A DNA stretch of 36,220 nt from Thermoguttaceae bacterium (GCA_045651945.1 JAZRTH010000049.1:1-36220), one strand, 5' to 3'; shown: positions 1 through 10,590, numbered from the stretch's first letter. Numbers and translations are program-made. The notes: a model not told the origin generated them from the letters alone.

Positions 1-1
1 T

Positions 2-706
2 CCCTTTGATAATCCCAGCCAGACAACGGCTGGCGCAGCTTCTGAAATGGAAGCTGCCGCGCCCATTGCAGACAACGCTCCTGTTACAACGCAAACTGCT
101 GAGTCAACGGCGCCAGTCGAGGATTCTGCCCAAATTGCAACGTCATCAAAAGACATCCCGCCAGGATACATGTACTACAATGGCGGCTTTTATAGAGGCA
201 ATCCAAGACAACTGTCTGTTGGCGACGTCCGCGTTACGTTTGAATACATTCCTGGCTCTGGAACAATAAGCCTCATTTCAGGTCAGCAGGGCGATACATT
301 CGCCCCGTATCAGACCAAAAACAACCCAATCGAACTGGTTGAAAGAGGCGTCGTTTCTCCTGAAGCCATGTTCAAACACGCTCACAACGCCAACTCGATG
401 ATTTGCTGGGCGCTGCGTCTGGTTGGATTCCTGATGATGTTCATCGGTTTGAAGATGATCCTTGAACCGCTGAAAGTTCTTGCCGACGTTGTACCATTCA
501 TCGGTACGATCGTTGGAATGGGAACCGGATTTATCGCCTTCATTTTGGCGGCGGGATTCAGCCTGTTGACAATTTCCATCGGCTGGCTGGCATATCGACC
601 GCTCATTGGCATTCCAATTTTGATAGCGGCGCTTTTCTTCCTGTTCATGCCGTTTTTCAAAGGCAAAAAGGCGACTCCACAGCCTGCAGCGCCATTTGAA
701 AAATAA
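2..706 (+). CDS. TMEM43/DUF1625-like integral membrane protein, 5' end outside the window
   Basis: The frame is open from nt 2, with no stop before the ATG at 47, so the gene probably starts upstream. A soluble N-part is followed by hydrophobic helices (WALRLVGFLMMFIGL, FIAFILAAGFSLLTISIGWLAY, IGIPILIAALFFLFMPFF). TAA at 704-706 is followed by a hairpin terminator. The family assignment is from memory of the motif pattern only. Confidence 0.55.
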   Translation, partial: PFDNPSQTTAGAASEMEAAAPIADNAPVTTQTAESTAPVEDSAQIATSSKDIPPGYMYYNGGFYRGNPRQLSVGDVRVTFEYIPGSGTISLISGQQGDTFAPYQTKNNPIELVERGVVSPEAMFKHAHNANSMICWALRLVGFLMMFIGLKMILEPLKVLADVVPFIGTIVGMGTGFIAFILAAGFSLLTISIGWLAYRPLIGIPILIAALFFLFMPFFKGKKATPQPAAPFEK

Positions 707-749
707 CAGATTAAATATTCTTCATTGAATAAACATCTGACAACTTGCA

Positions 750-780
750 CGGCTCGACTAACCAGTCGAGCCGTTTTTAT
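750..780 (+). terminator. Rho-independent terminator after the membrane-protein gene
   Basis: Perfect 10-bp stem CGGCTCGACT (750-759) / AGTCGAGCCG (764-773), loop AACC, then TTTTTAT (774-780). Confidence 0.75.
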
Positions 781-807
781 CGCCAGACCATTTTGAATAA
801 ACAAATT

Positions 808-2436
808 ATGACTTTTCCGACCAGACGCGACTTTCTGAAGGTTTCCGCATTAACACTGACTGAGTTGTTTTGTTTGCCCTCGTTGGCTGACGAGCCGATT
901 GAATTGGTCGTTCTTCATACAAACGACCATCACGGCGCAATCGTTCCTACAAACGGTCAGGGCGGCCTGGCGATTCGGTCAACGATAATCAACCGCGAAC
1001 GCGAGAAGTACAAAAACGTCCTGCTGGTCGATTCCGGCGATTACAACACCGGTCAGCCAATCTCAAACGAATTTTACGCCAAGCCGGATTTGATTGCCTA
1101 TAAACTCATGAAATACGACGTCATGACAATTGGCAATCACGAATTTGATCATTCCAAAGAAATCTATCAGGAGCAAGCAGATTTCTTAACGTCTAACGAC
1201 GAAGGTTCCTCAATTTCATTAGTTAACGCTAACGTTCATTTTAAATCCACCGGAGAACTCGTCCTGCCGCCGTACGTCGTCAAACAGATAGCTGGGCTTC
1301 GCATAGGCGTTTTTGGAATGTTAATCAATCAGCCCAGTCTCATGGACGGTTCAAGCTATATTACCATCGACAACGAAATCGAAACAGCGCGAAAAACTGT
1401 CAAGGCGCTTCGGGAAATCGAAAAGGCAGACGTCGTAATTGCTCTGACGCACATGGGCGACGTCAAACTCTTTGAAGGGCACGTTACGTCTGTCGATTTG
1501 GGAAACGCCGTTGAAGGAATCGACCTGATTGTAGACGGACACGCTCACTCGTATTTCACAGAACCAAAATCGACGCAAAACGCGCCGGTAGTTACAGCAA
1601 ACGCATACGGTCGTTACGTTGGCAAAGCGATTTTTAAAATTCAGAACGGGAAAGCGACATTGGACTCCTGGACGACAATTCCCGTTACATCCGATGTCGA
1701 GCCAGACCCTGATATCGCAAAGGCTCTGGAACCGTACATTCAAAAAGCGTCAGCCGATTTGAAGACCGTCATTGCTCATTCGTCAGCGCCGTTCCCGTTG
1801 GGCGAGAAAGAATCCCGCGTGGGCGAATGCGCAGTATGCAATCTCATCTGCGACGCAACATACGACTTTTTAGTTCAGAACAAAACGCCCGTCGATTTCG
1901 TTCTCAGCAACGGCGGCGTTTTTCGCACGGGCTTGCCAAAAGGCGACATAACAAAAGAGAATATCAAAGCCTGTCTGCCCTACGACAACACGCTGGTTTT
2001 GATTGACATGAAGGGTTCAGACGTTCTTGACCTGTTTAAGTTCGTCGCTTCCGTCTATCAAACCAACGGCGCGTTCGGACAGGTTTCCAAACAGGTGCGA
2101 TACACAATCACGTATAATAACGGCGTCAACGGCAAAATTTCAGATTTAACTATTGGCGGAAATCCTGTTGACCCGGACAGAGTTTATAAAATTGCCGTCA
2201 ACAGCTATATGTACAGCGGAGGCGACGGATACGACATTCTCAAGCAGCGAGCGGTAAAAGCCGCCGACATTAATATTCTTGTTACAGACGCTGTAATTGA
2301 AGCGCTCAAACAGTCCAGGCAGCCTCTTGTTCCCGTTCTCGACGGGCGAATTGTCATTCGCGGCGGTCTGGATAAATACAAGTATATCACCGAGTCAGGA
2401 ACGGAGCCTGCTGAAGAGAAATCCAATATCGAATAA
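808..2436 (+). CDS. Bifunctional metallophosphatase/5'-nucleotidase (UshA-like), Tat-exported
   Basis: The ATG at 808 gives MTFPTRRDFLKVSALTL, a twin-arginine signal. Calcineurin-like motifs are present: HTNDHHG, LLVDSGDYNTG, GNHEFD, THMG, GHAH. The C-terminal half resembles the 5'-nucleotidase substrate domain. The ORF-track start at 745 is a TTG that would include the upstream terminator, so 808 is preferred. Confidence 0.9.
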   Translation: MTFPTRRDFLKVSALTLTELFCLPSLADEPIELVVLHTNDHHGAIVPTNGQGGLAIRSTIINREREKYKNVLLVDSGDYNTGQPISNEFYAKPDLIAYKLMKYDVMTIGNHEFDHSKEIYQEQADFLTSNDEGSSISLVNANVHFKSTGELVLPPYVVKQIAGLRIGVFGMLINQPSLMDGSSYITIDNEIETARKTVKALREIEKADVVIALTHMGDVKLFEGHVTSVDLGNAVEGIDLIVDGHAHSYFTEPKSTQNAPVVTANAYGRYVGKAIFKIQNGKATLDSWTTIPVTSDVEPDPDIAKALEPYIQKASADLKTVIAHSSAPFPLGEKESRVGECAVCNLICDATYDFLVQNKTPVDFVLSNGGVFRTGLPKGDITKENIKACLPYDNTLVLIDMKGSDVLDLFKFVASVYQTNGAFGQVSKQVRYTITYNNGVNGKISDLTIGGNPVDPDRVYKIAVNSYMYSGGDGYDILKQRAVKAADINILVTDAVIEALKQSRQPLVPVLDGRIVIRGGLDKYKYITESGTEPAEEKSNIE

Positions 2437-2440
2437 CATC

Positions 2441-2498
2441 TGAAAAAATACGTCTAACGTCCCGACTAATGCGGGAAGCTAGACGTTATCAGTTTTTG
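2441..2498. terminator. Bidirectional hairpin terminator between convergent genes
   Basis: Interrupted stem ACGTCTA..TCCCG (2450-2465) / CGGGA..TAGACGT (2472-2486). It is flanked by an A-run (2443-2448, a T-run on the minus strand) and a T-run (2493-2497). Confidence 0.7.
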
Positions 2499-2538
2499 CC
2501 GTTTGGATCGTTACTCTGTTTTGAACGAAACGCTTGCT

Positions 2539-3453
2539 TTAATCCGGAGAAATCGTCAGGTCTTTTTTGAATTTGTATCGAGGGTTGCGATAATCAAAAT
2601 CAGCGTCTGTTACAGAAACGCCTGGAATTATGTTGGTATAAGTAAACTCTTCTCGAATAGTCGCAACTCCTGTAGAGTCCGGCCAGTTATAGCAAACAAA
2701 TCGAACTGGAACCTGAAACTGATTATCAATAAAAACCTGTCCTTTGTAGAACGGAAATATATCGGATTTCGGTTCGTGAATAATTTGAATCACGGTACAA
2801 GCGCGATTGTCAATTGAAGCGTTTTCGATAAATTCAATTTTACAATCCGGGAACTGCTCCGTTGAATACGCAACGTCCAAAAGCTGCTTCATCATGCTGG
2901 CAATTCCCAACTCCTTTAATGAATGATTGGATTCAGAACGAGCCATTTGGCTGTCCGGCTTGATAGCTCTGGTAATTCGAGCTAAAGTTGGACGATAGCC
3001 GCCCTTCGTTGCAATTATTTTTCCATAATTCTGTCCTTCAACATAGATCATCTCACGTCCGACAATGTCGTCCGGCGTGATGTATTTCATATAAACGCTG
3101 AACGGCTCCGCGCGGAAAATCATCTGCGCCCGGCGCATATCCTGCAATTCTCCGCGAACGGTTTCTCGCATTGTTACAATACAGGCGTAAGAGCCAAACT
3201 GACGGTTGATCGTTTCGTACCGTTCTTTGGCGTCAATAATCATTTGACGAAACGCCTGCCACTGATCTTCAGGTACAGGCAGACTCAGTGTTGAACTCGG
3301 CGGCTTTACAGTATCATTAGGAATCAGACGGTTGACGGTATGATCTACCGGTTTTGCTCTGTCCAATATGCTGTGCATCTGAGCAAACGATAATCCTGTA
3401 GTCGTAACAACAACAGATATAAAAGCGGCAATATATCTAAGGGGCTTTCTCAT
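2539..3453 (-). CDS. Secreted hypothetical protein (possibly DUF1571/LolA-like)
   Basis: Long ORF. The ATG at 3453 gives MRKPLRYIAAFISVVVTTTGLSFAQ, a signal peptide. The track start at 3495 is GTG. No catalytic motif was recognised and the family guess is weak. Confidence 0.6.
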   Translation of the reverse strand: MRKPLRYIAAFISVVVTTTGLSFAQMHSILDRAKPVDHTVNRLIPNDTVKPPSSTLSLPVPEDQWQAFRQMIIDAKERYETINRQFGSYACIVTMRETVRGELQDMRRAQMIFRAEPFSVYMKYITPDDIVGREMIYVEGQNYGKIIATKGGYRPTLARITRAIKPDSQMARSESNHSLKELGIASMMKQLLDVAYSTEQFPDCKIEFIENASIDNRACTVIQIIHEPKSDIFPFYKGQVFIDNQFQVPVRFVCYNWPDSTGVATIREEFTYTNIIPGVSVTDADFDYRNPRYKFKKDLTISPD

Positions 3454-3728
3454 GGCGTCTATCATTATATTCTTGTCGGGAAAATGATTTTTCACTTCGT
3501 ATTATTCATTTTAATACAATTTTTACGCAAGTAAAGGTTGAATCGATTATATTATAAAAATCGAATTAAACTTTTTTGCGGGTTTTGACGCTTTTAGCGG
3601 TTGTATGAAATCTAACGATTTTATCGATTATAACGATTCATGTCGTCTCGAAATCAAACCACTCATTGCAGTTGTGCTTTTATCCTATATTCCCCGCTTC
3701 CTGTTCCCCTCCCCTTTCTTGAATTCTG

Positions 3729-3737
3729 TGGTATAAT
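3729..3737 (+). promoter_or_regulatory. Candidate extended -10 element upstream of ftsH
   Basis: TGGTATAAT (TGnTATAAT) lies about 90 nt upstream of the ftsH ATG. No good -35 is present at 17-nt spacing. Confidence 0.3.
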
Positions 3738-3827
3738 ATCAAGTCAAATACACAACATAGGAATATTAGGCGAGGCGTTCTGCGTCAACCCCTCATTCCT
3801 CATTCCTTACTGTTTCCCCATACTGCC

Positions 3828-5819
3828 ATGCCAGACAAAAACAATAACGATTACCAAAATAACAACAATTCCAAAGACCCGAAAAAGGATTCGACGAAAT
3901 GGGGATACTATTCCCTTCCGATTTGGGTGTTTGTAATTATTATCGGAATCTCGATTGCCGCCTATTTTATTCAGTCTGACGCCCGAAGGACGTTTACCGT
4001 TCCATACATGGATTTCGTCAAGCTGGTTGAACAAGGCGCGCCGGAAAAGAACCCAAAGGCACAGCAGGTCTATACGGAAAAGCGGGGCGAGGTTACGTGT
4101 CAGTATCGCGTGTCCAACATTTCAGAACTGAAAGTCGGCTCAACGCGAATTACCGGAAAAGGCGATTTTATCAAGATTTCAGAAGACGGTCAGCCGGTTG
4201 AAGGAGAACTGTACAAAGACCGCAATTTTGTCAGCAATCGTCACGGATTTGCCGACGACGGGAACTATCTGTTCAATCTGCTTAAATCAAAAGGGTTCGA
4301 CAACGTCGACGGCGAGACGTCTGCTTCCCCCTGGGTTCATTCACTGCCGTCTGTAATTGTTACAATAGTTTTAATCGGATTGCTTATATTCTTTATCCGC
4401 ATGATGGGCAAAGGCGGCGCGTTTGCCTTTGGGCAGTCTCGCGGACGCTTTTATAAGCCAGACGAAATCAACGTTACGTTCAAAGACGTAGCGGGAATTG
4501 ACGAGGCGGTTGAGGAAGTCAAGGAAATTGTCGAGTTCCTCAAGACGCCGGAAAAGTACAAGAAAATCGGCGGGCGGATTCCCAAAGGCGTTCTTCTGGT
4601 CGGCCCTCCCGGAACCGGGAAGACGCTTCTTGCCAAAGCAATTGCCGGCGAGGCAGGCGTCCCGTTTGTGAGCATTTCCGGTTCGGACTTCGTCGAAATG
4701 TTCGTCGGCGTTGGCGCGGCGCGTGTTCGAGACATGTTTGAACAGGCGACTCAGTCCGCGCCGTGCATCGTCTTTATTGACGAGTTGGACGCGCTGGGGA
4801 AAACCCGTTCCGGAAACGTTACAGGCGGTCAGGACGAACGCGAACAGACGCTCAACGCCCTGCTGGTGGAAATGGACGGGTTCCCGGACAACAACGGCGT
4901 TATCGTATTGGGAGCGACAAACCGACCGGAAACGCTCGACCCGGCCTTGCTGCGTCCCGGACGTTTCGACCGTCACGTTTTGGTTGACCGTCCTGACCTG
5001 CTCGGTCGTATTGCGATACTGGAAATCTACGCCAAAAAGATCAAATTGGATCCGGAAGTCGACCTGAAAGAAATTGCGTCCATGACAAGCGGCTTTGCCG
5101 GCGCAGACCTGTCCAACCTGATTAACGAGGCGGCGCTGCTGGCAGCCAGAGCGGGCAAAGACTTCGTTACAAAAGAAGAACTCAACGAGGGCATTGAGCG
5201 CGTAACCGCTGGTTTGCAAAAGAAGCAGCGCGTTATGCACCCAGACGAAAAGCGGCGGGTTGCATATCACGAAAGCGCGCACGCGTTAGCGGCGCATTTG
5301 CTTCCCAATACCGATCCAGTTCATAAGGTTTCCATCATTCCCCGCGGTCTGGCGGCGTTGGGATACACGCTCCAGCGGCCGGACGAAGACCGATACCTCG
5401 TTACTCAATCCCAGTTGGAAAGCCGAATCATGGTCTATTTGGCTGGCACGATTGCAGAACAGATGATTTTCAACGACATCTCCACCGGGGCGCAAAATGA
5501 CCTTCAGCGGGCGACAGACGTTGCCCGAAGCATGGTCATGGACTACGGCATGAGCCGTCTGGGCCGCTTGAGCCTTCGGACAAAAGAGATGTCGTTTATC
5601 AACGGCGAAGAAACGGCGAAATCGTCCGCCCTGTCAGAAAACACCGCTGCGAAAATCGATGCCGAAGTCGAATATATCATGGAAACGGCGTTCAACGAAA
5701 CCAAAAAGGTTCTGGAGAATCATCAATTCAAACTGGAAGCCTTGGCAGAAGCGCTGCTATTAAAAGAAGTCATCGACTCGGAAGAACTGTCAAAGATTCT
5801 TGATGACGAGACGAATTAG
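3828..5819 (+). CDS. ftsH: ATP-dependent zinc metalloprotease FtsH
   Basis: Two N-terminal TM helices. AAA+ Walker A GPPGTGKT, Walker B IVFIDELD, second region of homology. Zinc site HESAHAL. 663 aa. Confidence 0.97.
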   Translation: MPDKNNNDYQNNNNSKDPKKDSTKWGYYSLPIWVFVIIIGISIAAYFIQSDARRTFTVPYMDFVKLVEQGAPEKNPKAQQVYTEKRGEVTCQYRVSNISELKVGSTRITGKGDFIKISEDGQPVEGELYKDRNFVSNRHGFADDGNYLFNLLKSKGFDNVDGETSASPWVHSLPSVIVTIVLIGLLIFFIRMMGKGGAFAFGQSRGRFYKPDEINVTFKDVAGIDEAVEEVKEIVEFLKTPEKYKKIGGRIPKGVLLVGPPGTGKTLLAKAIAGEAGVPFVSISGSDFVEMFVGVGAARVRDMFEQATQSAPCIVFIDELDALGKTRSGNVTGGQDEREQTLNALLVEMDGFPDNNGVIVLGATNRPETLDPALLRPGRFDRHVLVDRPDLLGRIAILEIYAKKIKLDPEVDLKEIASMTSGFAGADLSNLINEAALLAARAGKDFVTKEELNEGIERVTAGLQKKQRVMHPDEKRRVAYHESAHALAAHLLPNTDPVHKVSIIPRGLAALGYTLQRPDEDRYLVTQSQLESRIMVYLAGTIAEQMIFNDISTGAQNDLQRATDVARSMVMDYGMSRLGRLSLRTKEMSFINGEETAKSSALSENTAAKIDAEVEYIMETAFNETKKVLENHQFKLEALAEALLLKEVIDSEELSKILDDETN

Positions 5820-5927
5820 GAGTGGCGAGCCACGGGCGTATACCCGTGAATATGAAACGTGAACATAAAATTAAACAATCCGAGACGAGTTCGCCCCGGA
5901 TTCCTAAAATATCTATAACCGAAAAAC

Positions 5928-7268
5928 TCAAACTTCCGGCAGTTCATAGCCCTTTCGACGCTCTCGGTCAAGCAAGGCATTGGCGTCGGCGGAATCGAAC
6001 ATTTCCTTTTCCGGATCCCACTTGAGGGAATGTCCGACGTATCGGGCGATATTAAGCATGTGACACAGCGACGCGGTTCGATGTCCGTATTCGCAGTCGT
6101 CAAGGGGCGTTCCGCCAAACTTAATGCACTCAATCCAGTTGCGAATATGGGCGTTATGTCCCTTTCCGCGCTCCTTGTCCAACAGTTCCGGAACTTCGAT
6201 CTTTGTAGTTTCGTCTACCAGTTCGTTGGGATTAGCGGTAACTTTGTCGAACCAGACTTCCATTTTGCCCTTTTCTCCAAAGAAGATTCCGCCGCCGCGA
6301 TTGCCTTCTTTGCCGTCGTCGTCGCCCAGTTTGACGACAATGCCATTTGCGTACTTAAACGCCAGATGCGGCTGACAGCAAATCTTGTTGCCGCGCGTCG
6401 CAACTTCCGGCTTGTCGTACGTTGGCGCTTCGAGTTTGTCGCCTGTTACAATAATTTCAACCGGTCCGGTGTGCTGCATTCCCAACGCCCATTGAATTTT
6501 GTCCAGCCCATGAGTTCCCCAACCGGTCATTTCACCGCCGGAGAACGGTCGGAACGACAGCCAGCCCGGCTTGCCGCGCGGGATATAGAGTTCCGGGTGA
6601 TACGGAACCAGCGGCGCGGGACCGCACCAGCGTTCCCAATCCAGACCCGCCGGGACTTCTTCCCCTTCCATGTTATAGAACCAGGGAGACTCGTAATTGG
6701 CGGCAACGACTTTGGAAATCTTGCCCAGCCCACCATCGCGAATAAACTTGCAGCTGCGATAGTCGGTTTTTAAACTTCGCATCATCGAGCCTGCCTGGAA
6801 GACGACGCCCGCCTTTCGCGCCGCTTTAACCATCAGCCGTCCTTCAGCAATGGTCAGCGACATGGGCTTTTCCGCATAGATGTGTTTTCCCGCCTGGGCG
6901 GCGTGAATGCAAATCAGAGATCGCCACTGTTCCGGCGTTGCAGTAAGAATCGCGTCGACGTCTTTTCGATCAAGGATTTTTCGATAGTCTGAAACCGCGT
7001 CCGTATCGGGATTGCAGCCCCATTTCTTCGCTCTGTCCTGAGCGCGAGGCAGATAGACGTCCGCGCAGCCAACGACTTTTGCCGTTTCAATTTGGAACGC
7101 CTGATTCATGTCGTACGTTCCCTGACGTCCAACGCCGATGCCGGCAATATGAACCTTGTCGTTTGCGCCCGGCTTGCCGTCTTGCGCCAAAACGCTGCGC
7201 GGAATAAGCAGCGGAACGCCAAGAGCCGCTGCTGTCATTTCTAAAAATTCTCGTCGTGTTGATTTCAT
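5928..7268 (-). CDS. Gfo/Idh/MocA family oxidoreductase, Tat-exported
   Basis: Tat signal MKSTRREFLEMTAAALGVPLL. N-terminal Rossmann segment IAGIGVGRQG. EKP motif (YAEKPM) typical of this family. Confidence 0.88.
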   Translation of the reverse strand: MKSTRREFLEMTAAALGVPLLIPRSVLAQDGKPGANDKVHIAGIGVGRQGTYDMNQAFQIETAKVVGCADVYLPRAQDRAKKWGCNPDTDAVSDYRKILDRKDVDAILTATPEQWRSLICIHAAQAGKHIYAEKPMSLTIAEGRLMVKAARKAGVVFQAGSMMRSLKTDYRSCKFIRDGGLGKISKVVAANYESPWFYNMEGEEVPAGLDWERWCGPAPLVPYHPELYIPRGKPGWLSFRPFSGGEMTGWGTHGLDKIQWALGMQHTGPVEIIVTGDKLEAPTYDKPEVATRGNKICCQPHLAFKYANGIVVKLGDDDGKEGNRGGGIFFGEKGKMEVWFDKVTANPNELVDETTKIEVPELLDKERGKGHNAHIRNWIECIKFGGTPLDDCEYGHRTASLCHMLNIARYVGHSLKWDPEKEMFDSADANALLDRERRKGYELPEV

Positions 7269-7566
7269 ATTCTTGTCTCTCTGGTTGATTAAAAGGAATT
7301 GGATGACGAACGAATGTTGTATGTTACAGCTTTTTCACGTTTTATCTTTCCACGATATACTAATAAGAATAACAGATTCGTATACAAGAATCAATAGGTT
7401 AAATGAGAAAACATATTGACATTTTTCATCATTCTTCTGTCTTTTTTGGTTAGAATGCGTTAAAACCCCGATTGACGAGACGACAGACTGCCTTATAGAA
7501 AGAGCGCGTGGGCGCAATGCCGAACAGACATCGGCGCCCACGACTATACAAAACTCTTGATCAGCG

Positions 7567-8781
7567 TTATTTTTTGCTCTGCTTTATAAGCCACTGAGCA
7601 ACGTCCGGATTGTTATATTCAAGAGCACAGTCCGCGGCGGCATTTCCCCCAGCGCCTTTTGCGGAGACGTCTGCGCCGTGTTCAACCAGCCACTGAACCA
7701 TTTTCAGATTTCCGCTTACAGCGGCGTTATGTAACGGAGTGTATCCATTATTGTTTCTTTCGTTGACGTCAAGTCCTTGTTCAATTAGCCATTGAACCAG
7801 ATCAGGATTATCGCTCCTGGCGGCAAAATGAATGACAGAGTCTCCATCGTTGCTTTTTGCTTTGATATCCAGTCCTTGCTTGACCAGCCATTGAACCATT
7901 TCCAGATTCCCGCTTAAGGCGGCGAAATACACGGCTGTATAACCGGATTCTGAAACCGCGTTGAGGTCAGCGCCACGCTCGACGAGCCACTGAACCAGTT
8001 TCAGATTTCCGCTTTCAGCGGCAATATGAATAACCGTCATATCAAAAGCCAGTTTTGTGTTGAAGTCCAATCCTTTTTCCGCAAGCCACTGAACCAGTTC
8101 CAGATTTCCGCTTTCAGCGGCAAAATTCAAAGCGTTCCCAAAATTGGCTTTTTCTTTTATATTGACGCCCTGCTCAACAAGCCACTTAACCAGTTCCAAA
8201 TTCCCGCTTACTGCGGCGGGGTGCAGCGCCGATCCAAATGTTGCGCTCGCGTTGACGTCCATTCCCTGTTTAACCAGCCATTGAACCATCTCCAGGTTCC
8301 CGCTAACGGCGGCGGAATGTAACACCGTCCATTTAAATTCGGTTTTTGCGTTTATGTCTGCGCCCTGCTCTATGAGCCACTGTACCAATTCCTGATTCCC
8401 GCTTTCGGCAGCGTAATGCAGGACGGTCTGTTTGAAAGCGCCTGTTGCGTTTATATCAGCGCCTTTAGCGATAAGTTCCTTAACCCGTTTCAAATCGCCT
8501 TTCAGAGCGGCGTAGTGAAGAACGTTTCCGCCGAAGCAAAAAAATGGTTTTTCTTTTAAACAAAAATCAAAGTCGAATTCTCCCGTTTGGAACATCTGCT
8601 CAAAACGTTGAACGCTTTGTTTGTCAACGTGATTGTAAATCAGTAGGGATAACACCTTCGGACTGGTATGGCGGGACGATTCCGGCTCGTTTTTTTCCGC
8701 ACAGAAACCGCAGCTTGGCAAAAACAGAGAAACGACTAAAAGAGCGGCAAACAAAAGACAGTTGTTTTTTAACGTTTTCAT
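7567..8781 (-). CDS. Ankyrin-repeat protein 1 (10 repeats) with N-terminal signal peptide
   Basis: Ten 33-aa units of the form TVLHxAAxSGNLExVQWLVxQGADVNA. Hydrophobic N-terminus MKTLKNNCLLFAALLVVSLFLPSCG, a signal peptide with a possible lipid-modified Cys. AGGAG lies 9 nt before the ATG. Confidence 0.9.
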   Translation of the reverse strand: MKTLKNNCLLFAALLVVSLFLPSCGFCAEKNEPESSRHTSPKVLSLLIYNHVDKQSVQRFEQMFQTGEFDFDFCLKEKPFFCFGGNVLHYAALKGDLKRVKELIAKGADINATGAFKQTVLHYAAESGNQELVQWLIEQGADINAKTEFKWTVLHSAAVSGNLEMVQWLVKQGMDVNASATFGSALHPAAVSGNLELVKWLVEQGVNIKEKANFGNALNFAAESGNLELVQWLAEKGLDFNTKLAFDMTVIHIAAESGNLKLVQWLVERGADLNAVSESGYTAVYFAALSGNLEMVQWLVKQGLDIKAKSNDGDSVIHFAARSDNPDLVQWLIEQGLDVNERNNNGYTPLHNAAVSGNLKMVQWLVEHGADVSAKGAGGNAAADCALEYNNPDVAQWLIKQSKK

Positions 8782-8879
8782 GACAAACGCTCTCCTGTTA
8801 CAGAGTTAAAAGGAAATTCAGTATAAAACAGCCTAAGAATCCACGAAAAACACTATGCGAAGATAGATAACGTAGGAGT

Positions 8880-9131
8880 GTTACATCGCGTCCCGGAGGG
8901 ACGCAACTCTTGTAACCGGGTGGCTTTAGCCTCCGGAATAGTCGTGATAACCTCCCCCTATCGCTTTAACCGCTTTTCCTCCCGCGCCCCCATTGGGGGC
9001 GCGGGAGGAAAAGCGTATTCTTCGATATTCTTTTTATTCATGTTCTCCCTCCGGCGGTTGAAACCGCCGGTTATAGGAATATCGTCCCTTCGGGACTTCA
9101 GCGGACTATCGTCCGCTGTCGCTACCGCGAC
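8880..9131. repeat. Run of at least seven unrelated perfect GC-rich hairpins
   Basis: GTTACA..GCGTCCC GGA GGGACGC..TGTAAC (8880-8916). 21-bp perfect stem 8971-8991/8995-9015 with loop ATT, followed by a T-rich tract. CCGGCGGTT..AACCGCCGG (9051-9070). GTCCC TTC GGGAC (9084-9096). GCGGAC TATC GTCCGC (9101-9116). GTCGC TACC GCGAC (9118-9131). Confidence 0.8.
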
Positions 9132-9184
9132 GTTTCGTCTCTCATTCGGACAAAACTTCTATGCGCCGGAAAAATTTGCGTTCA

Positions 9185-9230
9185 CCCGCGTAGCGGTTGA
9201 ATGTTTCTAGCCGTGGGTTTCAACCCACGG
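9185..9230 (+). repeat. Double-hairpin REP/MITE-like element, copy A (slightly degenerate)
   Basis: CCCGCGTAGCGGTTGAATGTTTCTAGCCGTGGGTTTCAACCCACGG aligns along its length with copies B and C. It lies 10 nt from the stop of ankyrin gene 2. Confidence 0.75.
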
Positions 9231-9240
9231 GAAAAATATT

Positions 9241-10590
9241 TTACCAGCCAAAGAGTTTTTTTAGTAATTTGAAGCAAGACCACGTAGCCGTTGTACCAGG
9301 ATTATTCGCTCCATGATCTTTCAGCCATTGTATTTGTTCCAGATTCTTTTCTTTGACGGCATAATATAAAATCGTCCTTCCCTCGTTGTCTTTTACATTG
9401 ATGTTTGCTCCATGTTCAACCAGCCACCGGGCAAGCGTCCAAAAACTATAATAACCTGCCAAATGTAAGACAGATTCTCCATAATTGCTTTGGATGTTGA
9501 CGTCAGCGCCATGTTCAACCAGCAATTGAACAAACTCGAATGAATTATTATCATTAAGGACGGCATAATGTAAGGCGGTTTGCCCTACTTCATCTTGTGC
9601 GTTGATTTCAACGTCTTGCTCAACTAACCATTGAACTACTTCTACAGTACTGAAAAAAGCAGCTGAATGTAATGGCGTCCAGTTATCGAAGCCTTTAACG
9701 TTGACGTCTGCCCCATGTTCAACCAACCATTGCGCCAGTTTCAAATTGTCGCGATCGACGACATTAAAAATGGGAGTGTATCCATCAACATTGTCTTTAT
9801 TATTTACATCAGCGCCATGTTCAACCAGCCATTGAACCATTTCCAATGATCCACTTTGAACGGCGCTATCTAAAATAGTATCACCATCATTGTCTTTTTC
9901 GTTGACGTTCATGCCATGTGTAATCAACCATTGAACCAGTTCCCATTTTCTACTAAAGGTGGCTTCATGCAAGACCGTTCGTCCATTTATACCTTTAATG
10001 CTCACGTCTACGTCTCGGGCTCTTAACCATTGAATCAGTTCAAGATTGCCTTTCTCGGCGATATAATGTATAGCAGCAGCTCCATAAATGTCTTTTTCGT
10101 AAATGTCCAACCCGTATTCAACCAGACGCCGAATCAATTCACCGTTGTCTGAATCAGCAGCAAAATGCAAAAGCGTCCAATCCGTATAACCTTTTGCATT
10201 GATGTCTGCGCCATGTTCGACCAGCCATTGAACCTGTTCCCAATTCCCTTTCCACGCAACGTAATGCAATACAGTATTGTGAAAATCGTCTTTTTCGTTA
10301 ACGTCCGCTCCATATTCTGTCAACAGTTGAACTGTATCCCAATTTCCATATAAAGCGGCATAATGCAAAGCAGTCATTTCACGATTGTCTTTTGCATTTA
10401 TGTTCAATTTATAATTTAAAAGTTCTTTAATTCTGTTTAAATCGCCTGTCAAAACCGCATAGTGAAGAATGTTGCCGCCAAAATCAGGATGATATGAAAA
10501 ATTATATTTACCTTTCTGGAACATTCGTTCAAAACATGCAATGGATTGTTTTTTAAATAACCTTTCTCGATCAATTATTACGTCTTTCAT
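9241..10590 (-). CDS. Ankyrin-repeat protein 2 (12 repeats), no signal peptide, low G+C
   Basis: Twelve ANK units (VQWLVEHGADVN type). The N-terminal module QSIACFERMFQKGKYNFSY is shared with the other two paralogues. ATG at 10590. Confidence 0.9.
   Translation of the reverse strand: MKDVIIDRERLFKKQSIACFERMFQKGKYNFSYHPDFGGNILHYAVLTGDLNRIKELLNYKLNINAKDNREMTALHYAALYGNWDTVQLLTEYGADVNEKDDFHNTVLHYVAWKGNWEQVQWLVEHGADINAKGYTDWTLLHFAADSDNGELIRRLVEYGLDIYEKDIYGAAAIHYIAEKGNLELIQWLRARDVDVSIKGINGRTVLHEATFSRKWELVQWLITHGMNVNEKDNDGDTILDSAVQSGSLEMVQWLVEHGADVNNKDNVDGYTPIFNVVDRDNLKLAQWLVEHGADVNVKGFDNWTPLHSAAFFSTVEVVQWLVEQDVEINAQDEVGQTALHYAVLNDNNSFEFVQLLVEHGADVNIQSNYGESVLHLAGYYSFWTLARWLVEHGANINVKDNEGRTILYYAVKEKNLEQIQWLKDHGANNPGTTATWSCFKLLKKLFGW

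Noticed and set aside
745-807. Track start (TTG at 745) for the 5'-nucleotidase gene
   Set aside because: That extension would read through the terminator hairpin of the upstream gene. The ATG at 808 yields a textbook Tat signal.
3640-3936. 98-aa plus-strand ORF upstream of and overlapping the ftsH start
   Set aside because: It is a low-complexity product in a different frame from ftsH. It spans the ftsH promoter and leader.
4371-5282. 303-aa minus-strand ORF, and others inside ftsH
   Set aside because: It is antisense to ftsH, and the product has no recognisable features.
8971-9015. 21-bp perfect hairpin as the terminator of ankyrin gene 2
   Set aside because: The T tract follows the hairpin only on the plus strand. 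On the minus strand, where ankyrin gene 2 is transcribed, it is followed by GTTAAAGCGA.
8878-9210. Plus-strand 110-aa ORF across the ankyrin 1/2 spacer
   Set aside because: It is built entirely from back-to-back palindromic hairpins. It has no start context and no protein-like composition.
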